Shown here: piece by piece, positions 1 through 13,399 of the stretch | Layout of the letters: the number at the start of each line of letters is the position of its first letter | Numbering within the stretch: the stretch's first letter is position 1 | Assembly (NCBI GenBank): GCA_030390025.1 | Contig: CM059431.1 | Coordinates: forward strand, 145,640,001-145,704,000 | DNA from: Squalus acanthias | Taxonomy: Eukaryota | Direction: 5' to 3' | Length of the DNA stretch: 64,000 nt | Program-made: the position numbers and the translations under genes | Notes under the pieces: generated by a model | Databases searched by the model: none | Told to the model about the DNA's origin: nothing | The model's input: only the letters and a program-made list of their open reading frames with translations

Positions 1-1511
1 TCTTCTGCACTGCTCGTGATTCAATCCACGCATCCGTTCGCCCTCCGGCTCTATACCTGATGCTCCCTGTCTTTTCCCTTTTCATCTTTTCTATACCTGA
101 TTACCTTCCCTGCTTCCCTCTCCATTCTGCTACATGTCTGATTTCCCATTCACCACAAAGGGCATTTCAAAGCTATTCAAAGTACTCCAGCGTCACACTA
201 AATGTCCACATAATCCCTCATAATCTACAGCGTCCATCTCATGTTAACTTCAGCGAATGCAGCTACCGATTGGCAAAATGCTACCTACAATACCAGGCTA
301 GCAGCCGCCTCATGTTTCTCTTCAATATTCCTTTATTTTTGCTCACAAATCCACATATTATAAACATTCCATTGTTTCTCATTCAAGTTAAGCTTGGTGA
401 TTTGCTGTGGATAATACAGACTGCAGCAATAGTGAACTGATGGTAGACGGGGTAGATATTATGGACATAGAATCAAGGAGAATGCTTTATCCTGGATGTC
501 GCCGAGCTTTATGAGTGGTGTTGTGGGTGTATCCATTTAATACAAGTAGTGATTATTCCATCACATTCCTAACTGGAAGCCGAGTGAAGAGGTTTTCAGA
601 GATCAGGAAGAGAGACAATTATCGTGAAGAACCCAGTCGCTGCCGTTCATCTGCAGTGTTGATACAGCAGCTGCCGTTAATCTTCTGGTCAATGGGCAGG
701 ATGTTGATGGTGCGGCAGTAGGTGATTTTGTTGCCGCCAAATGTTGCAGCGATTTGTTGCGCATTTTCCTGTTGGATCTGGTAATTGCCCGGCACTGACA
801 TGGCACAAATGTTACCTACCTATTGTTAGCACACGCCTGGAATTATTCTGGCCCTTAAATAGGCTGTCATGGGCTGCTGCATTATTTATGTAGTTGTAAA
901 TGAAGCAGGGCATTGTTGAATGAACGGAGAACGGATCGATTCCTGAAGTGATGACAGAGAGAATGTTATTTATGAATGTGCCTAGCCAAGGGTGCAGCCC
1001 TGAGAAAGTCCGGCAGCGACAACTGTGATGCTTGCCTAAACGGCCATTATACTGAAAAGGATTCCCTTAGACCCCCGTTAAATATAATCACATTTTAACA
1101 GGGCTTCTTGATGTCGTCCTTGATCGAATTTTGCACTCCTGTCTACGGAAGTTACTCTCACAACTCGTGTAGCATTGTCTCTTGTATCCAGATCTGGATC
1201 AAGGCTGTGACTAAGTTTTGAGCAGAGTGGTCCTGGCTGAGCAGGAACCGAATGTTTGTGAGTCGAATATTATTTTGTATGTGACCCTCGATGGCTCTAT
1301 AATAGAATAATTCCTTCACTGTATTGATGATTATTATGGTATTAGTAGGGCCATCATTGGCTCGGTAAATTGTGTCATTTTCAAATGGATTGAACGTAGG
1401 TGGCCAATTCCTACGTTATCAGGTATACTAGTCACACAGCTGTACCGGAATAGACTGGCTGTGGTGGGGGTGGCAAATTGTTTTCGGCAGGTCTTCGAAA
1501 CTACAGGCAGG

Positions 1512-2128
1512 TACATCAAGCAATTAGGAAACCAAATGGTATGTTAGCCTTTATTACAAAAGGATTGGAGTATAGGAGTAAAGAAGTGTTACTGCAATAA
1601 AATAAGGCCTTGGTGAGACCACACCTGGAATACTCTGTACAGTTTTTGTCTCCTTACCTGAGGAAATATATACTTGTCTTAGAGGGAGCGGAACAAAGAT
1701 CCAAGAGATTGATTCCTGTGATGAGTGGATTGTTCTATGAAGAGAGATTGAACAGACTAGGCCTAGATTCCCTAGAATTTAGAAGAATGAGAAGTGATCT
1801 CATTGAAAAGTATAAAATCTTGAAGGGTTTTGACAGGGTAAATGTTGGCAGGGTCTGGAAATAAGTGTCACTGTCTCAGAATAAGGGGTCGGCCATTAGG
1901 ATTGAGATGAGGAAAACTTTCTTCACTCAAAGGGCTGTCAATCTTTGGAATTATCTACTCCAGAGGGCTGTGGAGGCTCAATGCATGATTATATTCAGGA
2001 CCGAGATACTAAGGGAACCAAGGGACATCGCGATAGTGTGGAGGATGGACTTCAGGTAGTAGATGAGCCATGATGTTATTGAAGGGCCGAATAGCAGACC
2101 CCTGCTGCTATTTCTTATGTTCTTATGC
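1512..2128 (+). mobile_element. CR1 LINE 3' fragment (decayed)
   Basis: Encodes LVRPHLEYSVQFLSPYL...LEFRRMR.DLIE and FFTQRAVNLWN; ends in a TTCTTATG-type tail. The same insertion is present in the paralogous unit at 52205-52855. Confidence 0.9.
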
Positions 2129-2628
2129 TCGTAATTAGGATTTTGATAGAACCCATCATCTTCTCTGTGGCCAGTGTGTTCCAGCGCTTCCTAATGTCAC
2201 GTGGAGTGATCTCCATTGGCTTGACGCTGGGCTGAAGGCTAATGGAGCCACGTTTGATCGTTAAAATTGTACTTTTGTCTGAATCTGCTTCGAGCTGTGC
2301 AGCCTTGTCTCCATCACGAGCATTTTCTTGGACCCGCTCCTGCCTGAGAATCTCCTGTTGCCACTTCCATTAATAAATGGATGCGGCAGACAATGCAAGC
2401 TTACTTCTTATCCATTTACTGTGGAATGTTTTAACTCGATCTGCAACACGCTGCTTTTGTCGTTTTGGTCTTATTTCTAGTTTCACTAAGTTGGCGCCGC
2501 ATTCTCAGTCTCAATGTTCTTGTTGATGTCACGTTATTTAATTTTCACAATTAAATACAAAGTTGGCATTTTGACTATCTAGTGGCGGGAGATTGCAGGG
2601 TCTAATAGGTCAGGCGATCAGACATTGT

Positions 2629-3535
2629 CATAGAGCCATAGAGTCATAACGGCACAGAAGGAGGCCATTCGGTCCATCGAGTCCGTGCCGGCTCTCTGCA
2701 GAGCATCGAGTCAGTCCCATTCTCCCGCTCTATACCCGAAGCGCTGCAAATGTATTTCCCTCAAGTGCCTATCCGATCTCCCATTGAAAACATTGAGTGT
2801 CTCTGCTTCCACCACTTCCATCGGCAGCGAGTTCCAGGTCCTCAACACTCGCTGCGTAAAAAAGTTTATTCTCACATCTCACCTGTATCTCTTGCCCAAA
2901 ACCTTAAATCTGTGTCCCCTCTTCCTTATATCATCAATTAATGGGAACAGCCTTTCCCCGTCTAGCCTATTCAAACCCGTCATAATCGTGTTCACCGCTA
3001 TCAAATCATCCCTCAACCTCCTTTGCTCTAATGAAAACAAATCCAACTTCTCCAACTCGTCCTTGTAGCTAAGTTCCCCCATCCCTGGAACCATTCTGGT
3101 AAAACTCCTCTGCACCCTCTCAAGGGCATTCACTTCCTTCCTAAAATGTGATGACCAGAACTGGATGCAATACTCCAGTTGTGGCCTAAACAGCGCTTTA
3201 GAAAGATTCAGCATAACTTCTCTACTATTGTACTCAATACCTCTACTTGTGAAACCCAAAATCCGATATGCTTTGCTAACCATTCTCTCAATATATCCTG
3301 CCACCTTCAGGGACCTATGAACATTAACTCCCAGGTCCCTCTGTCCCTGCAAACTCTTTAAAGCTGTACCATTAAGTGTATTTTGCCTCTCCCGGTTCCT
3401 TCTGCCAAAATGCATCACCTCACACTCCTCTTTTTTAAATTCCATCTGCTAATAGTCTGCCCATTCTGCTAGCCTTTCTGTGTCCTGTTTGAGTCTATTG
3501 GTATCATCCTCACAGTTTGCCACACATCTGTTTGC
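2629..3535 (-). mobile_element. CR1 LINE 3' fragment, inserted after the segmental duplication
   Basis: ORF 2879-3445 has RPQLEYCIQFWS..F and LEQRRLRDDLI; tail at 2629-2650. It is absent from the paralogous position 53349/53350 (GACATTGTC|GAGGGATATAA). Confidence 0.9.
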
Positions 3536-4378
3536 CGTAGGATATAATTCTGCGATTGCGAAGGGCCCACAACACCTTATAGACGCCCAGTATCTGGCTA
3601 CTAGTTATTGCTTCACTTGTACCACTGCACAACAGAGGGTGTTCGCATTGTGGAGTGCAGGCCTTGTCAATAGAAGGATTGTGTGGTGGTTACACCGATC
3701 AACGCAATCGTCTAAAAACGTGTCTCTGACCGGTGCGTTATTGAAGATGAGATCGGGTAGGTTACTCCATCCTGTCAGTACTCTCACAACACATGCAGTA
3801 GTCTGGGAGATTGTCTTTGTAAATATAATCTGTATCAGGCTGTTGCTTGAGCAATCTGGGGGGGAGCTCTTCCAAATTAGCACCAGTCCCCAGATGGCAA
3901 TCACGAAGCTTTTTCCGAATGTGCTCGTCTGCAATTGGCTGAGTCTTGTCCTGAGTTGATGCTGAAGTGCTGTTGATTGGTCGATATTCAAGTTCCCTTA
4001 TTTATTGTTTCAATCGCGCGATCGCAATATCCCTTTGTTTGTCAGCACACTTGCGTGTTCTTTTTCTGTGAATATTCTTTCCCAGGCCCGTGTTCTCTTT
4101 GGCAGGGATGTGGCCATCTTGCAATGGAAAGTGAGAACGAAGGAGAGACATCTTTATTAATAATGTTGAGAGATTTATTCACTTCCATGGATTGTTCCCA
4201 TTTTTCAACAACAATTTTTTACATCAGATATTCTGGAATGTGTAAATATGCTTTCATGTTTGTTTGGATTAATAGCGATTGATTCTGTCTAACAGGATCA
4301 TCTTTTTGACTGAATATTGGCAAGTTTCTCCGGCCTGCTACACGCCCATAGTGCCGAGTTGAAAATATACAAAATAAT

Positions 4379-4518
4379 TCTGACGAAAGGTCAGCGATCT
4401 TAAACGTTAACTCTGTTTCTCTCCTCACAGATGCTGCCTGACCTGCTGAGTATCTCCAGCATTTTCTGTTTTTATTTCAGATTTCCAGCATCTGCTGTAT
4501 TTTCTTATTTTCTTTTTG
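4379..4518. mobile_element. Short Penelope-like terminal fragment with 11-bp TSD
   Basis: Contains TGACGAAAGGTC..AAACGTTAACTCTGTTTCTCTC..ACAGATGCTGCCTGACCTGCTGAG, flanked by direct repeats TACAAAATAAT (4368-4378, 4519-4529). Absent from the paralogous copies. A second copy lies at ~42820. Family name is from recalled consensus. Confidence 0.55.
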
Positions 4519-4630
4519 TACAAAATAATCCTGTCCTTTTCTCTCTGCAAGTATCTCTGGCGGAGTCTAAGCAGCTTTATTTCCAGAGTTTGGATACCAT
4601 AGATGTACAGACAGTTTGAGCAAATATAGC

Positions 4631-5196
4631 CCACCAACACTGCAAACATTGCATCAGGACAACTACGACGCGCGCGAATATGCAGTCTTCAGAGAATACA
4701 ACCGCTGCACCAGCAAAGACATGCCGATCCAGGCCGACTTGAAAAACCTACCACCATCCCATCTCAAATCTAGAAGGCCATTTTGGACCGTCGCCAAAGC
4801 CCTTCAGCGATCTACTCTCATACTTGATGACCGATGGCGAAATTCTTGAAAGAACTGCGACAAACGGAATGTGTTCCTTACAGAGTTCCACACAGTACAA
4901 CCTGAAGGATCAAACCTTCCTCGCAAACATTGGGCAAATATCAACCTCCTCAGAACCGGTCATGGTAGATGCAGCCTCCTTCTCTCCATAGATGGAAGAT
5001 CATAGCATCCCCATCATGTGACTGTGGAGCTGCTAATCAGATCCTGGAGCACATCATTGAGCACTGCCCTCAGATGAAATTCACAGGCATCCTACAAGAT
5101 ATCCACACTGTTACACCGGAAGCTTTGGCCTAGATATCTAACTTAGCTATTGATATTTGTTCTGCTTTGCTACGACCATACAAAAGAAGAAGAAGA
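4631..5196 (+). mobile_element. Vingi/Ingi-like non-LTR retrotransposon 3' fragment
   Basis: Decayed peptide LPRKHWANINLLRTGHGRC...SPSCDCGAANQILEHIIEHCP (C-terminal Cys/His motif) and a CCATACAAAAGAAGAAGAAG tail; flanked by a ~130 bp direct duplication. Confidence 0.65.
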
Positions 5197-6611
5197 AGTG
5201 CAGAGTTGCAAATATACAAAATAATCCTGTCTTTTTCTCTCTGCATGTATCTCTGGTGGAGTCTAAGGAGCTTTAGTTCCTGGGTTTGGATTCCATAGAT
5301 ATGCTGACTGTTTGAGCAAATATAACATGGGAGAAAATATATTTTTCTGATCCATTCTTTTGATCCATTGGGCGGCGAAAGCTTGGGTTCCTGTCCCGGA
5401 TTCGCCTCTGGGTCTGCGATGGCTGTGAAACTTGCTGCATTGTATCCCTTTGGGCAAAGCCCGTCTTGGGCTTGCCCAGTGCCAGTCTGCTGCTCCACCT
5501 CCACATAGTCCCAGTCCAGTGTATTTATTAGATTGTGTTCAAAGTGCCTCGTCACAAAGGACGCCTTCTCCTGGGGGACTGTAACATGTGTGAGGGATTA
5601 ATTTGGGACCTTGAACGAAGTGAATCCCAATAGTTTCTTCTGTAACTGATGTTCTAAAGTCGGCGCTCTTTAGAGTAGTTCGTTTCCTTTACAGATATAG
5701 CGACACCTTTCCCTTTCTCTCCTCCCATATCGATCCAGAAAAATATAACTTTAAGGAGAGGAGTTTTTCTTTAATGCGACAACATTGATACTAAAGAAGC
5801 TATGTTATTTTTGAACAGTAACAGGTGGTCAATTATATAACCTAAGTATTCTTCCACAGAGTGTTTAGCTGGAAGATCTGTTTATTTTTATAAAGCTGGT
5901 CGGCCTTACAAAAAGGACCACCTCGCACTGCTCCACTGTATCGAATGCTTCCGCCTGTACCACGTGGTTCCTGTTGGACTATTTTAGGCTCGAGGTGCTT
6001 CACAATGTTTTTCCATTGTTACAGTTCTCTCACTTTAAACTGTGAGATAGATCCTTTTCCTTACTTGCTGCACATTTCCATTTAATGCGTTGTGCTAAGA
6101 TGTTGAATTGATTCCTAATATTACTTGTATTGTTGTTGTGTTTATGAGGTGCTATCTAGCGCTAATGACCTTCTGTCCCCCATACCTTCAGTACAGCCAA
6201 TCCCAGGTCAGCAAGAGCGACTTTGATAATCTCTTAACTAACAATTGGTGATCGAACAAAGTTGTTGCATTTTAACAATTACTATTTGGAACAATAGTAA
6301 ACATGATAACAAGACGCAGTTTTCTAGGCTTTCCTTTGCCGCAGTGAACTCTAGGAAATTAGACTGTGATTCAACACATGTTTGCATCTAAAGAACAGGC
6401 AGCTTCCCTCTACATCTACCGATATTATTACAATATTGATTAAAGCATTATTTAACACAGTGTGCCTGTTTATATTGACTTGTCCTGGTGGCTGTGTGTT
6501 GTAAATCTATTTATAGTGAGTCATCAACGAGTTTTGGAATGAAATGTGTGGTTAAATCGTATAAATATTCAGGATTATTATCAAACATCGGACTGTATTT
6601 TGTCCTTTCAG

Positions 6612-7340
6612 CTCACCGTACTGATCAGGGAATCTGAGTAAAATAATTTATCAGTGTTACACACATTCTTCGTAACAATATGCAGAAGCTCCACAAGACT
6701 GGACAGGTCCGTGCAATTCACCCTCTCCTTTATCATTGAACGCTTTGTGGCGATATGCTGCTCGAAGTTTACAAGGTCGTATTGCAGGGAGAGGACTGCA
6801 GCCGCGGTCTAACAGTGATCACCGATCTGGTCTGGTTAAGTGACAGCCTCTGATGCCTTGAACCGGAAGAAACAATTGACAATGGGCAGCACACGTGTGG
6901 AATTCCTAACATTCCCCTCATGGGCAGAACATTCCCGGTGAAATCCATGTTTTCCCCTTGCTGCCATTTGTTTTGATTTCACTGTTTAGTTATCTGAACG
7001 TGAGACTCATGTTGCCGTCCAATCGAGTCCGCAGGTAACTCCGGATCATAGCAGCGAGAAGGAGAGCGATCATGAGAGGGAGAACCGAAACAGATCGATC
7101 ATTTCGCTCTTCACTCTATCGCATAGTTTTATCTTCTGGTGGTTGACGGCTGCTGCGAGTTATTTAGTTGTCAGAATGACGGCAAGCGCTCATTACCAAG
7201 CTGATTACACCAACCCGAAAACCTCAATCCGGGTTCAGGCTCATGTATCTGAATTCCTGCACGAACATGCGCAATTATGGATCAACTTTGACCAAATACA
7301 GAGAAGAGCTGAAGACTTAGCTGATATTTCTCAGCCTGGT
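6612..7340 (+). pseudogene. Decayed GPR139/GPR142-like GPCR pseudogene (exon 2 remnant)
   Basis: Acceptor-like TTTGTCCTTTCAG, followed by SFIIERFVAICCSKF (6726-6770), YCRERTAAAV and SSEKESDHERENRNRSIISLFTLS. These match the intact paralog (SFTFDRFVVICC, SENQSDPEMENRRKSIILLFTIS). Multiple stops, frameshifts and deletions. Confidence 0.85.
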
Positions 7341-7715
7341 TTAAAGATAAAAACATAAATTAAGTCAAAACAAAATTTGCAATCCAACATTAGAGCTCAG
7401 TGTCAGTTCTTGATGCAGCTTTGATTAGTTCACTGTTCAAGAACACAGTAGGATGGTTCTTGTAAACAATACCAGGTGAACGGAAATATCCCCTTTATGT
7501 AGCATACGATTCACGTAGGCATTGACTCTGGGTACCTGGAGAAAATGAAGCTGCAAAGTGCAGTGTGGAACAGGAAGGAAAGTGGAAAGACATGACCGAA
7601 ATTCCGATGTGGGTGAAGCTCATGGTCAGGAGACACGCCACCGACTTATTGTGACAGCCTCTTGGGCCTGTTACACAGGAACAGGAGAAAGTGAAGCAGC
7701 CCATCTAGTCAGTTA

Positions 7716-10700
7716 CATAGAACCATAGAATGGTTACAGCACGCAAGCAGGCCATTCGGCACATCAAGCCAGTACCGACTCTCAGCCAGTCCCACTCCCC
7801 TGCCCCTTCCCCGTAGCTCTGCATTTCCCCCCCTCAGATACTCCTCCAACTCCATTTTGAAGGATAAGAGTAAGTCTGCCTCCACCATCCTTTCAGGCAG
7901 TGTATTCCAGATGTTAACCACTCGCCGCGTAAAAAAGTTTTTCTCATGTTGCATTTGGTTCTTTTGCCAATCACCTTAAATCTGTGTCCTCTGGTTCTCG
8001 ACCATTCTGTAAATAGAACAGTTTCTCTCTAACTAATCTGTCCAGTCACTCATGATTTTGAACACCTCTATTAAATCTCCTCTCAAACTTCTCTGCTCCA
8101 AGGAGGATAACCACAGCTTCTCCAGTCTATTCAAGTAACTGATGACCCTCATTGCTAGAATCATTATCGTATATATTGTCTGTACCTTCTCGAAGACCTT
8201 CACATCCTTCCTAAAGTGTGGTGCCCAGAATTGGACACAGTACTCCAGTTGGTGCCGAACCAGTGTTTTATATAGGTTCATCATAACGTCATTGATTTTT
8301 AACTCGATACCTCTATTTATGAAGCCCACAATACCGTAATCCTTTTGTAACTGCTTTCCCAACCTGCCCTGCCACCTTCAACGATTTGTGCAAACATAAC
8401 CCCAGGTCCTTCTATTCGTGCAGCCACTTTGGCATTGTACCCTTTAGTTTATATGTTCTCTCCACATGCTTTCTACCGAAATATATTAATTCACACTTTC
8501 CTGCATTAAATTTCATCTGACACGTGTCCGGCCATTTCACCAGCCTGTCTTCCTGAAGTCTATTACTATCCTCCGCATTGTTCACTATAGTTCCAAGATT
8601 TGTTTCATCTACAAAGTTTGAAATAGTGCCCTGAACACCCACGTCCAAGTCATTAATATATATCAAGAAAAGCAGTGGTCCGAGAACGGACCCCTGGGGA
8701 ACACCACTATATAGCTTCCTCTCGTCCGAAAAACAACGGTTCACGACTGCTCTCAGTTTCCTTTCACCTAGCTAATTTAGTATCCATGCTGCCACTGTCC
8801 ATTTCATTCCATTAGCTTCAACTTTTTACAAAGCCTATTATGTAATGAGAAAGGATTAATTAGCAATCTTGTTGTGCGAGGCCCCTTGAGGAGGAGCGAT
8901 CATACTTTGATAGAATTCCGCATTAAAATGGAGAGTGAAGTAGTTAACTCAGAGATTAGGGTCCTGAATTTAAATAAAGGAAACTACGATGGTATGAGGC
9001 ACGAGTTGGCTAGGATGGATTGGGAAACGTTACTTAAAGGGTTGACGGTGGTAAGGCAATGGCAAACATTTAAAGATCGCATGGATGAACTACAGAATTT
9101 GTTCATCCCTGTTTAGCATAAAAATAAAACAAAAAAAGTGACACAAACGTGGCTAACAAGGGAAATTAGGGATAGCATAAGATCCAATGAGAGGACATAT
9201 TATTTGGCCAGAAAAAGCAGCAAAACGGAGGATTGGGAGCAGTTTAGGATTCAGCAAAGGAGGACAAAGTGATAAATTAAAAAGGGGAAAATAGATTATT
9301 ACAGTAAGCTTGCAGGGAACTTAAAAGCTGACTGTAAAAGCTTCTATAAATATGTGAAGAGAAAAAAGATTGGAGAAGTCAAGTGTAGGTCCCTCGCAGT
9401 CAGAATCAAGGGAATTTATAATGGCGAACAAAGAAATGGCACGCCAATTAAATACATACTTTGGTTCTGTCTGCACAAAGGAGGACATTAATAACCTCCC
9501 AGAGATGTCGGCGAACATAGGGTCTAATGAGAGGGAGGAATTGAATGAATTCAGTATTTGTAGGGAAATGCTGTTCGGGAAATTGACGGGATTGAAGGCC
9601 GATAAATCCCCAGGGCCTGATAATCTACATCCTAGGGCACATAAGGAAGTGGCCCTAGAAATAGTAGATGCATTGCTGGTCATCTTCCAAAATTGTATAG
9701 ACTCTGGAACAGTTCCCATGGATTGGAGGATAGCTAATGTAACTTCACTATTTAAAAATGGTGGGCTAGAGAAAACGGGGAATTTTCCACCTGTAAGTCT
9801 GACATCGGTAGTGGGGAAAATGCTAGAGTCCATTATAAAAGATGTAAAAGCAGAGCACTTGGAAAACAGTGACAGGATCGGACAAAGTCAACATGGATTT
9901 ACAAAAGGTAAATCATGCTTGACTAATCGACTGGAATTTTTTGAGGATGTAACTGGTAGAATAGATAAGGGATTACCAGTGGATGCGGTGTATTTGGACT
10001 TTCAGAAGGCTTTCGATAAGCTCCCGCAAAAGAGATTAGCGTGCAAAGTTAAAGCACACAGAATTGGTAGAAAGGTACTGTCTTGGATAGAGAACTGATT
10101 GGCAGACAGGAAGCAAAGATTTGGAATAAATGAGTCTTTTTCCGAGTGGCAGCCAGTGACTAGTGTGGTACCGCAGGGATCGGTGCTAGGACCCCAGCTA
10201 TTCACAATATATATAAATTATCTAGACGAGGAAACTAGATGTAATATCTCCAGGTTTGCAGATGAAACAAAGCTGGTTTGGCGTGTGTGCTGTGAGGAGG
10301 ATGCAGAGAAACTGCATTATGATTTGGACCGGTTGGGTGATTGGGCAGATACATGCCAAATACAGTATAATGTGGATACATGCGAGTATATCCACTTCGG
10401 CGGCAAAAACAGGAAGACAGATTATTATCTGAATGGCAATAGATTGGGAAAGTGGAAGTGCAACGAGACCTGGGTGTCCTTGTGCACCAGTCGCTGAAGG
10501 TAAGCATGCAAGTGCAGCCGACGGTTAAGAAGTCAAATGGTATGTCGGCCTTCATAGCGAGAGGATTCGAGTACAGGAGCAAGGACCCTGTAGTCGTACA
10601 AGGCCTTGGTGAGACCACACCTTGAGCATTGTGCGCAGTTTTGGTCACTTTATCTGAGGAAGGCTGTTCTTGCCATGCAGAGAGTGCAGCGAAGATTCAC

Positions 10701-12078
10701 CAGACTGATACCTGGGATGGCAGGAATGACATATGAGGAGTGGTTGGGTCGATTAGGCTTATATTCGCTAGAGTTTAGAAGAATGAGAGGGGATCTCATT
10801 GAAACTTTTAAAATTCTAACAGGACTAGACAGACTAGAAGCAGGAAGGATGTTCCCGATGGCGGGGGAGTCCAGAACCAGGGTTCACAGTCTAAGGATAA
10901 GGGGTAAGCCATTTAGGACTGAGATGAGGAGGAATTTCTTCAACCAGGGAGTGGTGAACCTGTGGAATTCTCTACCACACAAGGCAGTTGAGGCCAATTC
11001 ATTAAATATATTCAAGAAGGATTTAGATATATTTCTTAAGGCTAAAGGGATCAAATGATAAGGAGAGAAAGCAGGTACAGGGTACTAATTTTGGATGATC
11101 AGCCATGATCTCATTAAATGGCGGAACAGGCTCGAGGGGCCGAATGGCCTACTCCTGCTCCTATCTTCTATGTTTCTATGTTTCTATTATGTGGCACTTT
11201 CACAAACGCATTTTCAAAATCCATGTTCCCGACGTCAACCGCATTACCCTCATCAACACTTTCTGATACCTCATCAAATAACTCCATTAAGTTGGTTAAA
11301 CACGATTTGCTATTAACAAATCCGTGTTAGCTTTCCTTAATTTTCGACACCTATCGAAGTTACTGCTAATTCTGTCCCTGATTACTGTTTATAAAAACTT
11401 CCCACTACCGAGGTTAAACGGACTGGCCTATTGTTGCTGGGTTTATCCTTACACACTTTTTTAAAAAATAGTGTAACATTTGAAATTCACAAGTCCTCTG
11501 GCACCACCCCCATATCTATGGCGGTTAGGAATATTATAGCCAGTACCTCCACGATGTCTGCACTCAATTCCCTCATAATCATGGGATGCATCCCATCCGC
11601 ACCTGGTGATTTATCTACTTTAATAGAGCCAGCCTTTCTAATTCCTCGTCTTTATCAATTTTTACACTAACAAATGTTCCACTACCTCCTCCTTCACTAT
11701 GTCTATGTCAGCAACCTATTCCTTGGTGAAGACAGTGAAAAAGTACTCGTTTATTACATCAGCCATACGCTTTGTCTCCATGCCTCGGTCTCCTTTTAGG
11801 CCCCTAATCGGCCCCACCCCTCCTCTTACTACCCTTTTACTATGTATATGCCTATAGAAGATTTTAGGATAACCTTTTATGTTGACTGCCATTCTATTAT
11901 CATGTCGTCTCCTTGCCCCTCTTATTTTCCTTTTCACTTCTCCTCTTAACATTCTATATATAGCCAGATTCGCATATTCTTTGCAACCTGATATCTGCCA
12001 TACGAGATCTTTTTCTGCTTCATCATATTCTCTATCTCTTTCGTCATCTAGGAAGCCCTGACTTTAGTGGCCCTGCCC
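7716..12078 (-). mobile_element. CR1 LINE ORF2 fragment, split by a nested + strand CR1 (8844-11183)
   Basis: Tail ACATAGAACCATAGAA at 7716; peptides SGVPQGSVLGPLLFLIYINDL and LVRHQLEYCVQFWAPH. The RT-upstream part resumes at 11193. Confidence 0.88.
8844..11183 (+). mobile_element. 5'-truncated CR1 LINE nested in another CR1, 9-bp TSD
   Basis: KSPGPD, PVSLTSVVGKMLE, QHGF..GKSCLTN, LDFQKAFD, PQGSVLGP, FADET; (TTCTATGT)n tail; TSD CTATTATGT at 8835-8843 and 11184-11192. Confidence 0.92.
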
Positions 12079-13280
12079 AGTCCTAGATTCGCCAACCATC
12101 CGAAATAGTTTATCTTTATCTACTCTATCAGTTCCCCTTAATATTTTGAAAACGTCTATCAAATCGCCCATTAACCTTCTAACTTCCAGGGAATGCAACC
12201 GTAGTTTGTGTAGTCTCTCCTAGAAATTTAACCCATGGAGTCGAGTAAATCTACGCTTCAGTCTAAAAGGCTAATACATACTTCCGAAGGTGTGGTGGAG
12301 AGAACTGAACACAGTCTAACCAGGGGTTGTATAGCTGTAGCATAACTTCTACCCCTTTTAGTGTAGTCCTCTAGATATAAATACCAGCATTACATTAATC
12401 TTTTTGATTATTTTCTGTACCTGTCCACGATAATTTAATGATATATTTGCAAGGACCCTTAAGTCTCTATCGACCTCCACTGATTCCAGCTTTTCACCAT
12501 TTAGATAGTATTCTGATATATTGTTTTTAGGTCCTAACTTGATACCTCACACTTGCCTATATTGAAAATCATTTGCCACAGTTTTGCAAATTCAATTAAT
12601 CTATTGATATATTTGTAATGTTATACGTTCATCTACAATGCATGCAATGCAGCCTATCTCTGTGTCATCGTCATACTTGTATATGTGGCTCTCAATCCCA
12701 TCATCTAAATCGTTAATAACTAGGATGAATAGTTCAGGCTCAGTACAGATCACACAGGGTCACCACGAGTCATATCCTGGCAATGATGGTACCTGCCCAT
12801 TATCCGTACACTCTGTAACCTATCGCTCAACCAATTTCCTAACCAAGAGAGTAATTTGCCTTCAATTCCTTGAGCGTCAACCTTAGCGAACAGTCTCTTA
12901 TGCGGGACTTTACTGAATTCATTTTTGTACATGTATGCTAGTTTTTAATGATTTGTGAACTGGGACTCACAAACCTTTTTGTTCCTCAACAGTTAATAGC
13001 TTCCCATGATTTCTAAATTACTCCGAATTATCTAACTTGTTTCTAAAGTGGATGATGTCACACTTTTGAAAAATGAACACGATTTGCCATAATTTTGCCA
13101 CACACTTAATCTGCCTCTGTTCCATTGGTACGTCCCGCTCCCATTTGCACTACTGCAGTGCACCCGAATTTAGTGTCATCTTCAAACTAGGATCTACAGC
13201 AAACTGTTGCTCCATCCAAATCATTAATAATTATAGTGAAAAGTTGAGTATCCAATAGAGATGTCTGGGGAACAGCAGTG
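12079..13280 (-). mobile_element. Decayed CR1 RT fragments
   Basis: FSKVPHKRL...WLGNWLSDR.Q.V peptide and adjacent CR1-type DNA; many disablements. Confidence 0.7.
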
Positions 13281-13399
13281 CTGACATCTGATGCCGCTGA
13301 TAAAGAGCGTTTCGTACGTGGGATGGAGACTGTATCTTAAGTGAAGCCTATGGGAGGCAATCAGTCTGCGTCTTTTTTGAGAAATGTGCTGTACAGGCG

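Larger units (their letters stand above)
390..4000 (-). mobile_element. Ancient, highly decayed CR1-group LINE (family B-like) remnant, interrupted by two younger CR1 insertions
   Basis: The minus-strand peptide SNLPDLIFNNAPVRDTFLDDCVDRCNHHTILL resembles the endonuclease C-terminus ENLLDRVLNNLPVAQASVHGSIFRSDHRTVL at 33724-33900. ATCAAGGCTGTGA..AAGTTT.GAGC.GAG.GGTCC.GGCTGA matches family-B RT DNA at ~26395-26445. Confidence 0.5.
1..6212 (+). repeat. Copy A of a ~6.3 kb locally repeated unit (paralogous to 47643-54678)
   Basis: 1-380 aligns by eye to 50441-50815, 385-2628 to 51080-53349, 3537-4630 to 53350-54297, and 5360-6212 to 48735-49590. One shared anchor is GATCCATT.GGCGG...TTCCTGTCCCGGATTCGCCTCTG. 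Confidence 0.9.
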
